64,000 bases of DNA from Candidatus Latescibacterota bacterium. Lineage in GTDB: Bacteria; Latescibacterota; UBA2968; UBA8231. The position numbers and the translations under genes were made by a program. The notes under the pieces were generated by a model. That model saw only the letters and a list, made by a program, of their open reading frames with translations. It was not told the DNA's origin and did not search any database. The stretch is from positions 4,032,001 through 4,096,000 of the forward strand of contig CBDCDC010000002.1 in NCBI GenBank assembly GCA_965215195.1, read 5' to 3'. Below, piece by piece: positions 44,801-53,127 of this stretch (positions are counted from its first letter, which is position 1; the number at the start of each line of letters is the position of its first letter).

Positions 44801-45458
44801 ATGGCGAACCCCGTCAGTTGTTGAGATATTTAAGGAGTATCAGCCCCCAACTTCCGATAAGCCATCACCAAGTCCGCTCAATATCCGTGATGCAGTCCAC
44901 TCGGTTAATTCCAATTTGGATATTATTCCCTCGAAGTTTGATTTTTCCGATCACCTGATTGACTCAATTAAGCCTGATCCTCGAGTTCTGGCGCGGCTCA
45001 TTGCCCGTGATTTTCAGGACAAAAATCTCATACTCATAGATTGCGCTCCGACTGAGTCGATATTTACTCAGGCTGCGTATCACGCATCTCGTTACATTCT
45101 TGTTCCCGTCAAACCAGAGTACTTCGCTACCATTGGCTTCCCGTTACTAAATGATTCCCTTACTAAATTCAAGGACGAGAATCGAGGCCACTTGATTGAT
45201 GTCATCGGGGTGGTCATCAATAATTCCACTTATCAAAGTTCCAACTCTGGAGGGCCTGAATCAAAAAGAGCAAAGGGGGAGATACGTGACGAGGCAGCTA
45301 AGAATGGATGGCACGTATTCTCGCAAGAGATACCTTTTTCCCGTGGGTTTCCTAAAATGATGCGCGGCGATTTCAATCATCTTGGAGATGCCAAAGAGTT
45401 TCAGTTTTTTGCGAAGAGTTTTTTCGCAAAACTTGGATTTTTATTCAAGTTTTTTTAA
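44801..45458 (+). pseudogene. ParA/Soj-family ATPase lacking Walker A (internal deletion)
   Basis: RBS plus ATG (MANPVS) is out of frame with the body (LDIIPS, ILIDCAP, ILVPVKPE); no KGGVGKT motif. Confidence 0.7.
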
Positions 45459-46078
45459 GAGTATGTTTATATGGGAGATTGAGAGCGTATGAATAATCCT
45501 ATTGAAGCGGCACTACGCCCAATAGTCCGCCAGTATGGCTTAGGGAGTGTTCTTGAATCTCTGGGTAAAATTGCGGACGCTCAACGCGAAAGTTCTGTGC
45601 AGGCCGGAGCAGGCACTGGGAAGAAGCCCAAGAAGCGCAGTGTAAAAGCTACGGCATCAGAATACGTTTCCAAGTTGGAACTCTCCTTAGAGAAGGGAGC
45701 ACCAGTAGTTGAGCTTGCAGAGCACTTTGAGCGCAAGGCGTTTTTGCCCACTGTTGGCGATATTGCTCACTTCTGTCAGATGTACGGAATTGAGGTGCCG
45801 GCCTCCAAGACTCGCGCAAGTGCCATCCCAAGGGTTTTCAAGCACATAGCATCGATGGAAACCGAAGCAATTCAAAGGATATTGGACGATGGGCTATTCT
45901 CCGGCCCAGCGCGTTTAGGGCCTATTGCGGATGCAATCCGGCGCAATGGCAGAAGCAGCCCCCCTCCTGACTCCTCGCCAGCGCACGACGCTGCTCGCCA
46001 GCCTACCGAGAGACATCCATAGCCCGAAACCGGCGCCGGCGTGGGCGACTCGTCCAGCAGCACCTAGACAACGGCGAG
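45450..46078 (+). repeat. 629-bp inverted repeat, copy 1
   Basis: Reverse complement of 49902-50530; the encoded ORF translations are identical. Confidence 0.95.
45489..46022 (+). CDS. Hypothetical protein (copy 1)
   Basis: 177-aa ORF with RBS, downstream of the parA remnant. Confidence 0.7.
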   Translation: MNNPIEAALRPIVRQYGLGSVLESLGKIADAQRESSVQAGAGTGKKPKKRSVKATASEYVSKLELSLEKGAPVVELAEHFERKAFLPTVGDIAHFCQMYGIEVPASKTRASAIPRVFKHIASMETEAIQRILDDGLFSGPARLGPIADAIRRNGRSSPPPDSSPAHDAARQPTERHP

Positions 46079-46160
46079 CAATGGGCCGCTACCCAAGCCA
46101 AACGGCTATTCGACGAAGAACTGGGCAGCGATTCTCGGGAAGGATGACGCCCTAAGAAGC

Positions 46161-47225
46161 CTAGCGATATTTCTCTTTGAGAAGGTCCACCGCGTCTTTC
46201 ACCTGCTGCGCCGCCCCCTTCGCGCACACCAACAGCGCGTCTTCAGTATCCACCACGACCAAGTCCTCTACCCCCAATAGCAGCACGATTTTGTCGGCCT
46301 GCCCGTACACCGTCGAACGGGCCGCGTCCAACGCCACCACCTCGCCCGCCAGCAAATTGCCCGCTGCATCTGTCGGCAATACGTCCGTCAGTGCCGTCCA
46401 AGAGCCGATGTCGCCCCAGTCGATAGCCGCCTCTAGCGTGGCCACCTTGGGGGTGCGCTCGACCAAGGCGTGGTCGATGGAAATCGGCTTGAGTTTTGGA
46501 TACTCGCAGGCGATGACCGCTTCCTCTTGTGGCGTGCCAACGGCGGCTTGGATGCGCCGCAATCCGGCGTGCATTTCCGGCTCAAAGCAGGCGAGAAGCT
46601 CCAGCACGGTCGCCGCCTTCCAGACAAACGTGTTGCTGTTCCACAAATAGTGGCCGCTGGCTGCGTACTCGGCCGCCTGTTGTTCGGCAGGCTTTTCAGT
46701 AAACTCGGCGACTGCGTACACCGGCGTCCCGCGCACCTGTGCCAGCACGGGGCCGCGGCGGATATAGCCATAACCGGTCTCAGCGCGCGTCGGCTTGACT
46801 CCGAGCGTGAGCAAGTAGTCCGGCCGGTCGGTTAGGGCTTGGTTGGCGACCTGCAACAAGCGGCAGAACTCCTCGGGCCGACCTATGTAGTGGTCCGATC
46901 CCAAGCTAGCGACCGTGCATCCCGGATGGCGGGCCTCCAACAGTGCGCATTCCAAGCCGATGGCCGGCCCGGTATTGCGCAGCACCGGCTCGACGATTAG
47001 CTGCTCGGGCAGCAGCGTCGGCACCTGCTCGCTCACCAGCGACCGAAGCTGGCGGCCAGTCGATACGTACACATCGGCCGGCGCGGCAATCGCGCCAATG
47101 CGGGCGACCGCGTCTTGGAGCATGGTCTGCTCGCCGGCCATGCAGTGGAACTGCTTGGGCTTGTGTGCGCGGCTATAGGGCCATAGCCGCGTACCGACCC
47201 CTCCAGCGCGAATGACGAATTTCAT
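46161..47225 (-). CDS. manC: Mannose-1-phosphate guanylyltransferase
   Basis: AGG.GTRLWP.SR...PKQF, EP..RNT.PAI, TGYGYI, F.EKP, W.D.GSW. Confidence 0.88.
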   Translation of the reverse strand: MKFVIRAGGVGTRLWPYSRAHKPKQFHCMAGEQTMLQDAVARIGAIAAPADVYVSTGRQLRSLVSEQVPTLLPEQLIVEPVLRNTGPAIGLECALLEARHPGCTVASLGSDHYIGRPEEFCRLLQVANQALTDRPDYLLTLGVKPTRAETGYGYIRRGPVLAQVRGTPVYAVAEFTEKPAEQQAAEYAASGHYLWNSNTFVWKAATVLELLACFEPEMHAGLRRIQAAVGTPQEEAVIACEYPKLKPISIDHALVERTPKVATLEAAIDWGDIGSWTALTDVLPTDAAGNLLAGEVVALDAARSTVYGQADKIVLLLGVEDLVVVDTEDALLVCAKGAAQQVKDAVDLLKEKYR

Positions 47226-47301
47226 TGGTTGACACTCCCGTACAGGTGAATTCAGCGCCGGGCAATATAACTAATCGCCCGGACTTGAGCAGGGCGCACT
47301 A

Positions 47302-47329
47302 TTGACAGCTTAACCTGATGCTGTACTAT
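47302..47329 (+). promoter_or_regulatory. Putative sigma70 promoter of the ispH operon
   Basis: TTGACA-16 bp-TACTAT. Confidence 0.55.
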
Positions 47330-47364
47330 GTCCTTCATTATAGAAATTCCACGAGGAGCTTCGC

Positions 47365-48621
47365 ATGGCGTACCCGCAATTCGACCAAGTCCCCAACCAC
47401 TATGCCGGCCCCGTCATCCAGCGCGTCAAGGACTACCGCCTGAAAAACGGCAAGCGCTCGCTGTGCCCGACGCTCCTGCAAATCGGCCAGCTACAGGTCT
47501 TAATCCCCCGGCACTTTGGCTTTTGCTTTGGGGTTGAGCGGGCCATTCACATGGCCTTTTCAGCCCTAAAGGAGAACCCGGATCGCAAGGCGTACCTCGT
47601 CAGCGAGATCATCCACAACCCCTTGGTCAACAACGACCTCAAAAAGCAAGGCGTCCGCTTCATCTACGACTCCGAGGGGGACCGCCAAATCTCCGAAGAG
47701 GAGCTGAACAGCGACGATATCGCGCTCATCCCGGCCTTTGGCACCACCATGCAGATCGAGGAATCGCTCCGCCAGAGCGGCATCGACATCGAGTCCGAGG
47801 AATACCGGGAAAATTACGATACCACCTGCCCCTTTGTGTCCAAAGTGTGGAAGCGCGGTGAGGAGCTAGGCCGCCAAGGCTATACCATCATCATCCACGG
47901 CAAGTACAACCACGCCGAGACCCAAGCGACTCATTCGCACACCGAGGGACACACCAAGACCCTAGTGGTGTTCGACGCCGCCGAAGCCGAGAAGGTGGCT
48001 GCGTACATCGCGGGCGCGATGCCGCTCGCCGACTTTGAGCGCACCTTTGCCGGCAAAAGCTCAGAAGGCTTCGACCCACAAAAGGACCTAGAGCGGGTGG
48101 CCGTGGTCAACCAGACGACCATGCTCGCCGAGGAAACTCAAGAAGTGGCCGCAATTTTGCGCCGCGCCATGCGCCAGCGCTATGGCGAGGAAAACCTCGA
48201 CTACCACTGCGCCGACACCAATGACACGCTGTGCTACGCCACTCACCAAAACCAGAACGCCACGCGCTCGCTGCTAAGCTCTGGAGCCGATTTGGCCCTG
48301 ATCGTCGGCGGCTACAATAGCTCGAACACCTCCCATTTAGTCGAGCTGTGCCGCCAATCCATGCCGAGCTTCCTCATCGCCAACAGCGACGAGATCCTAT
48401 CGGACCAGCGCATTCGCCATTTCGACGTCTACGCCAAAAAAATAATCGAGAGCGAGGGTTGGCTGCCGCGCCCCCTACCCATGCGGCTGATCATTACCTC
48501 GGGCGCGTCCTGCCCGGATATCCTCATGAACCAAGTACTGGAAAAGGTCGCCGGCTTGTACGGGTACGGCGCACAAGAAATCGACACCGCCCGCTTGCAG
48601 ATCTTTGAGGAGAGCCTGTGA
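47365..48621 (+). CDS. ispH: 4-hydroxy-3-methylbut-2-enyl diphosphate reductase
   Basis: GFCFGVERA, IIHNP, DTTCPFV, NQTT, DTLCYAT, GG.NSSNT, TSGASCP. Confidence 0.95.
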   Translation: MAYPQFDQVPNHYAGPVIQRVKDYRLKNGKRSLCPTLLQIGQLQVLIPRHFGFCFGVERAIHMAFSALKENPDRKAYLVSEIIHNPLVNNDLKKQGVRFIYDSEGDRQISEEELNSDDIALIPAFGTTMQIEESLRQSGIDIESEEYRENYDTTCPFVSKVWKRGEELGRQGYTIIIHGKYNHAETQATHSHTEGHTKTLVVFDAAEAEKVAAYIAGAMPLADFERTFAGKSSEGFDPQKDLERVAVVNQTTMLAEETQEVAAILRRAMRQRYGEENLDYHCADTNDTLCYATHQNQNATRSLLSSGADLALIVGGYNSSNTSHLVELCRQSMPSFLIANSDEILSDQRIRHFDVYAKKIIESEGWLPRPLPMRLIITSGASCPDILMNQVLEKVAGLYGYGAQEIDTARLQIFEESL

Positions 48622-48920
48622 TACTCGGCCTCGTCAAAGGGCACGTGGTCTCCAGCGCCAAGGTAGATGCGCTCGCGGGCGAGAAACTCTTAATAGTCGA
48701 AATCCTCGCTGCCACGCCCGAGGGATTGGAGCGCACCCAGAAGCACCTCGTCTGCATCGACGCCGTGCAAGCAGGCGAAGGTGCGCTCGTCGTCGTCGTG
48801 CAGGGCAGTTCGGCGCGGCAGGCACCGGGCATGGATCAGATACCCGTAGATGCGCTGATCATCGGCATCGTGGATTCGCTACAGGCGTTTGGACGCACCC
48901 TAGAAAATCAAGTCGCATGA
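48618..48920 (+). CDS. EutN/CcmL BMC vertex (pentamer) protein 1
   Basis: G.V.G.VVSS.K...L.G.KLL.V, D.V.AG.G, GSSAR, PVDA.IIGIVD. Confidence 0.9.
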   Translation: MILGLVKGHVVSSAKVDALAGEKLLIVEILAATPEGLERTQKHLVCIDAVQAGEGALVVVVQGSSARQAPGMDQIPVDALIIGIVDSLQAFGRTLENQVA

Positions 48921-49177
48921 GGGTCTGCCGCGTCATTGGCCGCGTAGTCGCCAGCAGCAAACATTCCTTGCTCGCCGGGCAGAAGATCATGGTGGTGTGC
49001 CCCGAAGGCGAGGAGGGCGGTGCTTTGCAGGTGGCGGTGGACGGGAGCCAAGCGGGGATCGGCAGCAAAGTGCTGGTCGTTCAGTCAGGTGTTGCCGGGG
49101 CTGAGGTGACCGGGACCGAGCGGCCGCCGTGCAGGAGCGTGATCGTGGGAATTATCGACGAAGGAGCCGCCGCGTGA
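48917..49177 (+). CDS. EutN/CcmL BMC vertex protein 2
   Basis: MRVCRVIGRVVASSKH..L.G.K, VAVD..QAG.G, IVGIID; ATGA overlap. Confidence 0.82.
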   Translation: MRVCRVIGRVVASSKHSLLAGQKIMVVCPEGEEGGALQVAVDGSQAGIGSKVLVVQSGVAGAEVTGTERPPCRSVIVGIIDEGAAA

Positions 49178-49437
49178 AGCTAGCCAAGGTAGTGGGCACC
49201 GTAGTGCTCTCGCAGTGCATTGAGCCGTTCCGCGGCCACATATTGCACCTGACCCAAGACATCGACGAGTGCCTAGAGCCTGTGGGCGAGGCCGAGGTCT
49301 GCGCAACTTGGGCGGCCCTGCGCGAGGGAGACGCGGTGATCGTCGAGGTTGCGCGCGAAGCCTGCAATGCCTTCGCCCCTCCACTGCCTGTGGACGCGGC
49401 CATAGTCGGCAAGGTGGACGAGATACAGCTCGGCTAG
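49174..49437 (+). CDS. EutN/CcmL BMC vertex protein 3 (divergent)
   Basis: MKLAKVVGTVV...REA...PVDAAIVGKVD; GTGA overlap. Confidence 0.78.
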   Translation: MKLAKVVGTVVLSQCIEPFRGHILHLTQDIDECLEPVGEAEVCATWAALREGDAVIVEVAREACNAFAPPLPVDAAIVGKVDEIQLG

Positions 49438-49439
49438 CC

Positions 49440-49733
49440 TCAAGCCGCACAGCGCTCGGCCCGGGCACTGCGCACCCTTTCCAACTCTAGCATCCAAGCA
49501 TCTTCGTACTGGCGCAGCACCCGATACCACGCGCTCAGATCCGCTTCGCCGCGCAGGAGCTGGCGGGCGGTTTGATCGACGACTTTCTCGGCCCGTTGCA
49601 CCCGGGGACGGGCGGCCGAGCCGCGCATGGGAATGGGGCCGAAAGCGCTTCGCACTCGATTGATGACCGCGCTGAGCTCGCCGCCCAGACGGGATACAGA
49701 TGGGGACGTGGGGGATACGCGCTGTCTGTGCAT
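49440..49733 (-). CDS. Small hypothetical protein
   Basis: RBS aggagg before ATG 49733; consensus-like promoter upstream. Confidence 0.6.
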   Translation of the reverse strand: MHRQRVSPTSPSVSRLGGELSAVINRVRSAFGPIPMRGSAARPRVQRAEKVVDQTARQLLRGEADLSAWYRVLRQYEDAWMLELERVRSARAERCAA

Positions 49734-49799
49734 TGGAAACCTCCTAAGGGAGTGCCGGCGGCTCGGGGATGCGCCGGAGAGGACGTGGGGAATCGCCTT

Positions 49800-49852
49800 A
49801 CTGCACCTATGTTCACCAAGCAAAATATACTGAACATAAGTGCAGTTGTCAA
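49800..49852 (-). promoter_or_regulatory. Sigma70 promoter overlapped by a 16-bp inverted repeat
   Basis: TTGACA (49852-49847)-17 bp-TATATT (49829-49824); IR actgcacctatgttca / tgaacataagtgcagt with 1 mismatch. Confidence 0.7.
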
Positions 49853-49901
49853 GCAATTTAATCCCTTATGGCGCGTTTTTTTCGCCCTCAAACCCTCCAT
49901 C

Positions 49902-50530
49902 CTCGCCGTTGTCTAGGTGCTGCTGGACGAGTCGCCCACGCCGGCGCCGGTTTCGGGCTATGGATGTCTCTCGGTAGGCTGGCGAGCAGCGTCGTGCGCT
50001 GGCGAGGAGTCAGGAGGGGGGCTGCTTCTGCCATTGCGCCGGATTGCATCCGCAATAGGCCCTAAACGCGCTGGGCCGGAGAATAGCCCATCGTCCAATA
50101 TCCTTTGAATTGCTTCGGTTTCCATCGATGCTATGTGCTTGAAAACCCTTGGGATGGCACTTGCGCGAGTCTTGGAGGCCGGCACCTCAATTCCGTACAT
50201 CTGACAGAAGTGAGCAATATCGCCAACAGTGGGCAAAAACGCCTTGCGCTCAAAGTGCTCTGCAAGCTCAACTACTGGTGCTCCCTTCTCTAAGGAGAGT
50301 TCCAACTTGGAAACGTATTCTGATGCCGTAGCTTTTACACTGCGCTTCTTGGGCTTCTTCCCAGTGCCTGCTCCGGCCTGCACAGAACTTTCGCGTTGAG
50401 CGTCCGCAATTTTACCCAGAGATTCAAGAACACTCCCTAAGCCATACTGGCGGACTATTGGGCGTAGTGCCGCTTCAATAGGATTATTCATACGCTCTCA
50501 ATCTCCCATATAAACATACTCTTAAAAAAA
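49902..50530 (-). repeat. 629-bp inverted repeat, copy 2
   Basis: Reverse complement of 45450-46078. Confidence 0.95.
49958..50491 (-). CDS. Hypothetical protein (copy 2, identical to 45489-46022)
   Basis: Identical 177-aa translation. Confidence 0.65.
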   Translation of the reverse strand: MNNPIEAALRPIVRQYGLGSVLESLGKIADAQRESSVQAGAGTGKKPKKRSVKATASEYVSKLELSLEKGAPVVELAEHFERKAFLPTVGDIAHFCQMYGIEVPASKTRASAIPRVFKHIASMETEAIQRILDDGLFSGPARLGPIADAIRRNGRSSPPPDSSPAHDAARQPTERHP

Positions 50531-50685
50531 TTAAGGCTCATCCCAACCCGTCCTCTCGGCGTAGTGGCGGGGAACTAACCACTAACCACTTCTAAGCCTT
50601 ATGTGAAGGCGCGTCCTTTGTGTTGACATCAATTTGGCCCAATTGGATATTCAAAAAATGCCAATATACAAAAGTAATGTAAGCG

Positions 50686-51342
50686 ATGAGTAAAACGCCC
50701 CTCCGCAAAGGCCCCGGTCGGCTACAGCGGCTTTGGCGCACGATGATGGCCGGCCTGACGATCATCCTGCCCGTGTGGTTTACCGTCTGGGTACTCAAGA
50801 CGCTGTTCAATTGGGCCGACAGCTTCTCCGCGCCGTTGATTCGCCAACTGGCCAAGCGGTTGGGCGATCCCGATTTCCACATTCCCGGCTTGGGCTTTGT
50901 GCTGACCTTTGTCATTCTCTGGGTCGTCGGCGCACTCGCCGCCAACGTGGTTGGCCGCAGCCTGTTGCAATACGCACGCGAAGCGCTAGAGGGCCTGCCG
51001 TTGGTGCGCACGATCTACGCGCCCGTGCAGCATCTCATGGAGTCCCTGACCTCCCCGGGCAAGGGCGGTTTCGAGAAAGTCGTGCTCGTCGAATATCCGC
51101 GCACCGGGCTGTGGACCTTGGGCTTTTTGGCCGGCAACGTGCCCCGCGAGGACGAGGCCGCGCCGGCGCACAGCATCTTCGTACCCACAGCACCCAATCC
51201 CACGACCGGCTTCATGCTCATCGTGCCGCCCGAACAGTTGCGTCCCACCGAACTCGGCGTTGAGGAGGCCCTGAAGATGATCGTCTCGGCCGGCGTCGTC
51301 GTACCCCCGGCTCTTTCCCTGGTTGCGGAAGAGGATGTCTAA
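50686..51342 (+). CDS. DUF502 membrane protein
   Basis: GL.IILP..FT.W, P.VR.IY, VLVEYPR.G, FVPTAPNPTTGF. Confidence 0.88.
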   Translation: MSKTPLRKGPGRLQRLWRTMMAGLTIILPVWFTVWVLKTLFNWADSFSAPLIRQLAKRLGDPDFHIPGLGFVLTFVILWVVGALAANVVGRSLLQYAREALEGLPLVRTIYAPVQHLMESLTSPGKGGFEKVVLVEYPRTGLWTLGFLAGNVPREDEAAPAHSIFVPTAPNPTTGFMLIVPPEQLRPTELGVEEALKMIVSAGVVVPPALSLVAEEDV

Positions 51343-51499
51343 GCAGTGGCCAGTGGTTCGTTCACGCCCCACCAGCCCGAGAGGAAGGTTGGGGCAGTTT
51401 TCTTGCGATTGTCGGGCCCTTTCGTTATTCTCGCTAGAAACCCGGGGCGTCCCTTTCGCGTCCCAATAGAAGCCCTTCGCATATTGAGGAGATGAGGAG

Positions 51500-52174
51500 A
51501 TGTTTCCATTTTTTTTGAATCCGTTTTTCATCCTGCCGATAATCTTGGTCGCTTGGGCCCAAATGCGGGTCCGCAGTGCCTTCAACAAGTACAGCCAAGT
51601 GGCTTCGGCCGTACGCCTTTCGGGCGCTGAGACCGCGCGGCGCATCCTGCACCAGCAAGGCATCTACGACGTGTCTGTCGAGGAGACGAGCGGGATGCTT
51701 TCCGATCACTACGACCCCCGCGCCAAAGCCGTGCGCCTTTCTTCGGACAACTTCCACGGGCACCACCTAGCCGGCTTGGCCGTGGCAGCGCACGAGGTCG
51801 GCCACGCCATCCAACACGCCCGCGGCTACGTGCCACTCAACCTGCGGCACGCGATCCTACCCGTCGCCAACTTGGGCTCAACGCTGGGCTTTCCCCTGAT
51901 CTTAGCGGGGATGTTCTTTGGGGCCGCCGGCCTGATGGATCTCGGCATCATGTTCTTCGCCGGCGCGGTGTTGTTCCAAATCGTCACCTTGCCGGTGGAG
52001 TTCAACGCCAGCTCGCGGGCCATGGCCATTCTCTCGCAGGGCTACCTAGCCGGCGACGAGGTGCGCTCGGCGCGGCGGGTGCTCAACGCCGCGGCCATGA
52101 CCTACGTGGCAGCGGCCGCAACCGCCGTGCTAAACCTATTGAGTCTGTTGCTCATGCGCGGCTCGGACGAATAA
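51500..52174 (+). CDS. Membrane zinc metallopeptidase (YugP/Zn_peptidase_2)
   Basis: LSDHYDP, AAHEVGHAIQH, TLPVEFNAS.RA, VL.AAA.TYVA. Confidence 0.9.
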   Translation: MFPFFLNPFFILPIILVAWAQMRVRSAFNKYSQVASAVRLSGAETARRILHQQGIYDVSVEETSGMLSDHYDPRAKAVRLSSDNFHGHHLAGLAVAAHEVGHAIQHARGYVPLNLRHAILPVANLGSTLGFPLILAGMFFGAAGLMDLGIMFFAGAVLFQIVTLPVEFNASSRAMAILSQGYLAGDEVRSARRVLNAAAMTYVAAAATAVLNLLSLLLMRGSDE

Positions 52175-52199
52175 CAGCCGGCGCGGCAAGAAGCTTCCG

Positions 52200-52232
52200 A
52201 GGCCCCTCGCCCTTGCGGGCAGGGGCCTTTTG
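52200..52232 (+). terminator. Intrinsic terminator
   Basis: aggcccct(c)gccc-ttgc-gggcaggggcct followed by a T run. Confidence 0.7.
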
Positions 52233-52296
52233 CTTGTGGGCTACCAACTGCGTTTCGCTATATTATCGTTCCACCTCATCACAGGAGAGTGCGAGC

Positions 52297-53127
52297 ATGA
52301 TCGTGCTGTTATGTGCATTGCTCGCCAGCGCGGCGAGCGCCGGGGCCGATGTGTATTTCGAAGAAGAGGTCGTCAATCGCGGCTTTGGCAAAGACAGAAC
52401 TGGAGCGCGCAAAACGACCAACAAAATTTACATCAAGGGCAAGAGCCAGCGGGTCGAGCAGCGGATTGAGGCCGACGCGCAAACCGCAAAGGCCCTCCGG
52501 CGGCAGGGTCAATCCCTCAACACCAGCACCATTTTGCGGCTGGACCAAGCGCAAGTGTACGAAATTGACCTGACGGCCCAGACCTTCGTCCAGCAGCAGG
52601 CCCCTCCGGTGCGCAAGGTCGCTGCCAAGCCGGAAGCCGCTCCCGGCGGGCCGCAAATGGCCCTTGCGGTCAAGGTGCCGGGAGATACGGCGCGCATTGC
52701 CGGAATTCCCTGCCGGCGGGTCGTCGCGCAGATGCGCGCCCGCTACCTCGACCCCAAAACCCAAAAGCTCCGCCGCGAAAACCGCTACACGTACGATGCC
52801 TGCATTGCCAAGCAATTCCCCGGCTTTCAGGAGATCACGGCCTTTGCGGCCCTGCAGGACGCCAGCACGTCCTATCCGTCGCTAATCGGCGGCGGGCTGG
52901 ACGGGCTAGAAGACCACGAAGCCCTGAGCGACGAATTGGAGAACGCCGAGGAACTCAAAGGCTTCGCCCTGCGCTCGACCTTGACGGCTTCAGTCAAGCT
53001 CCCCGGCAGTGAGAAGCCCAGCCAAGTGTTCCGCTTAGACCGCAAGATCAAGGTCATGGTGTACGCGGCGTTGCCCGACTCGCTCTTCTATGTATCTAAG
53101 GCCCTGACTCGCCTCGAATCCGAATGA
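52297..53127 (+). CDS. Exported hypothetical protein (DUF4412-like)
   Basis: RBS aggag; signal peptide; G.T..IAG..C and LPDSLF motifs. Confidence 0.65.
   Translation: MIVLLCALLASAASAGADVYFEEEVVNRGFGKDRTGARKTTNKIYIKGKSQRVEQRIEADAQTAKALRRQGQSLNTSTILRLDQAQVYEIDLTAQTFVQQQAPPVRKVAAKPEAAPGGPQMALAVKVPGDTARIAGIPCRRVVAQMRARYLDPKTQKLRRENRYTYDACIAKQFPGFQEITAFAALQDASTSYPSLIGGGLDGLEDHEALSDELENAEELKGFALRSTLTASVKLPGSEKPSQVFRLDRKIKVMVYAALPDSLFYVSKALTRLESE

Noticed and set aside
45450-46078. IS element as the duplicated unit
   Set aside because: The ORF has no recognisable DDE/HUH motifs; no terminal inverted repeats or target duplication.
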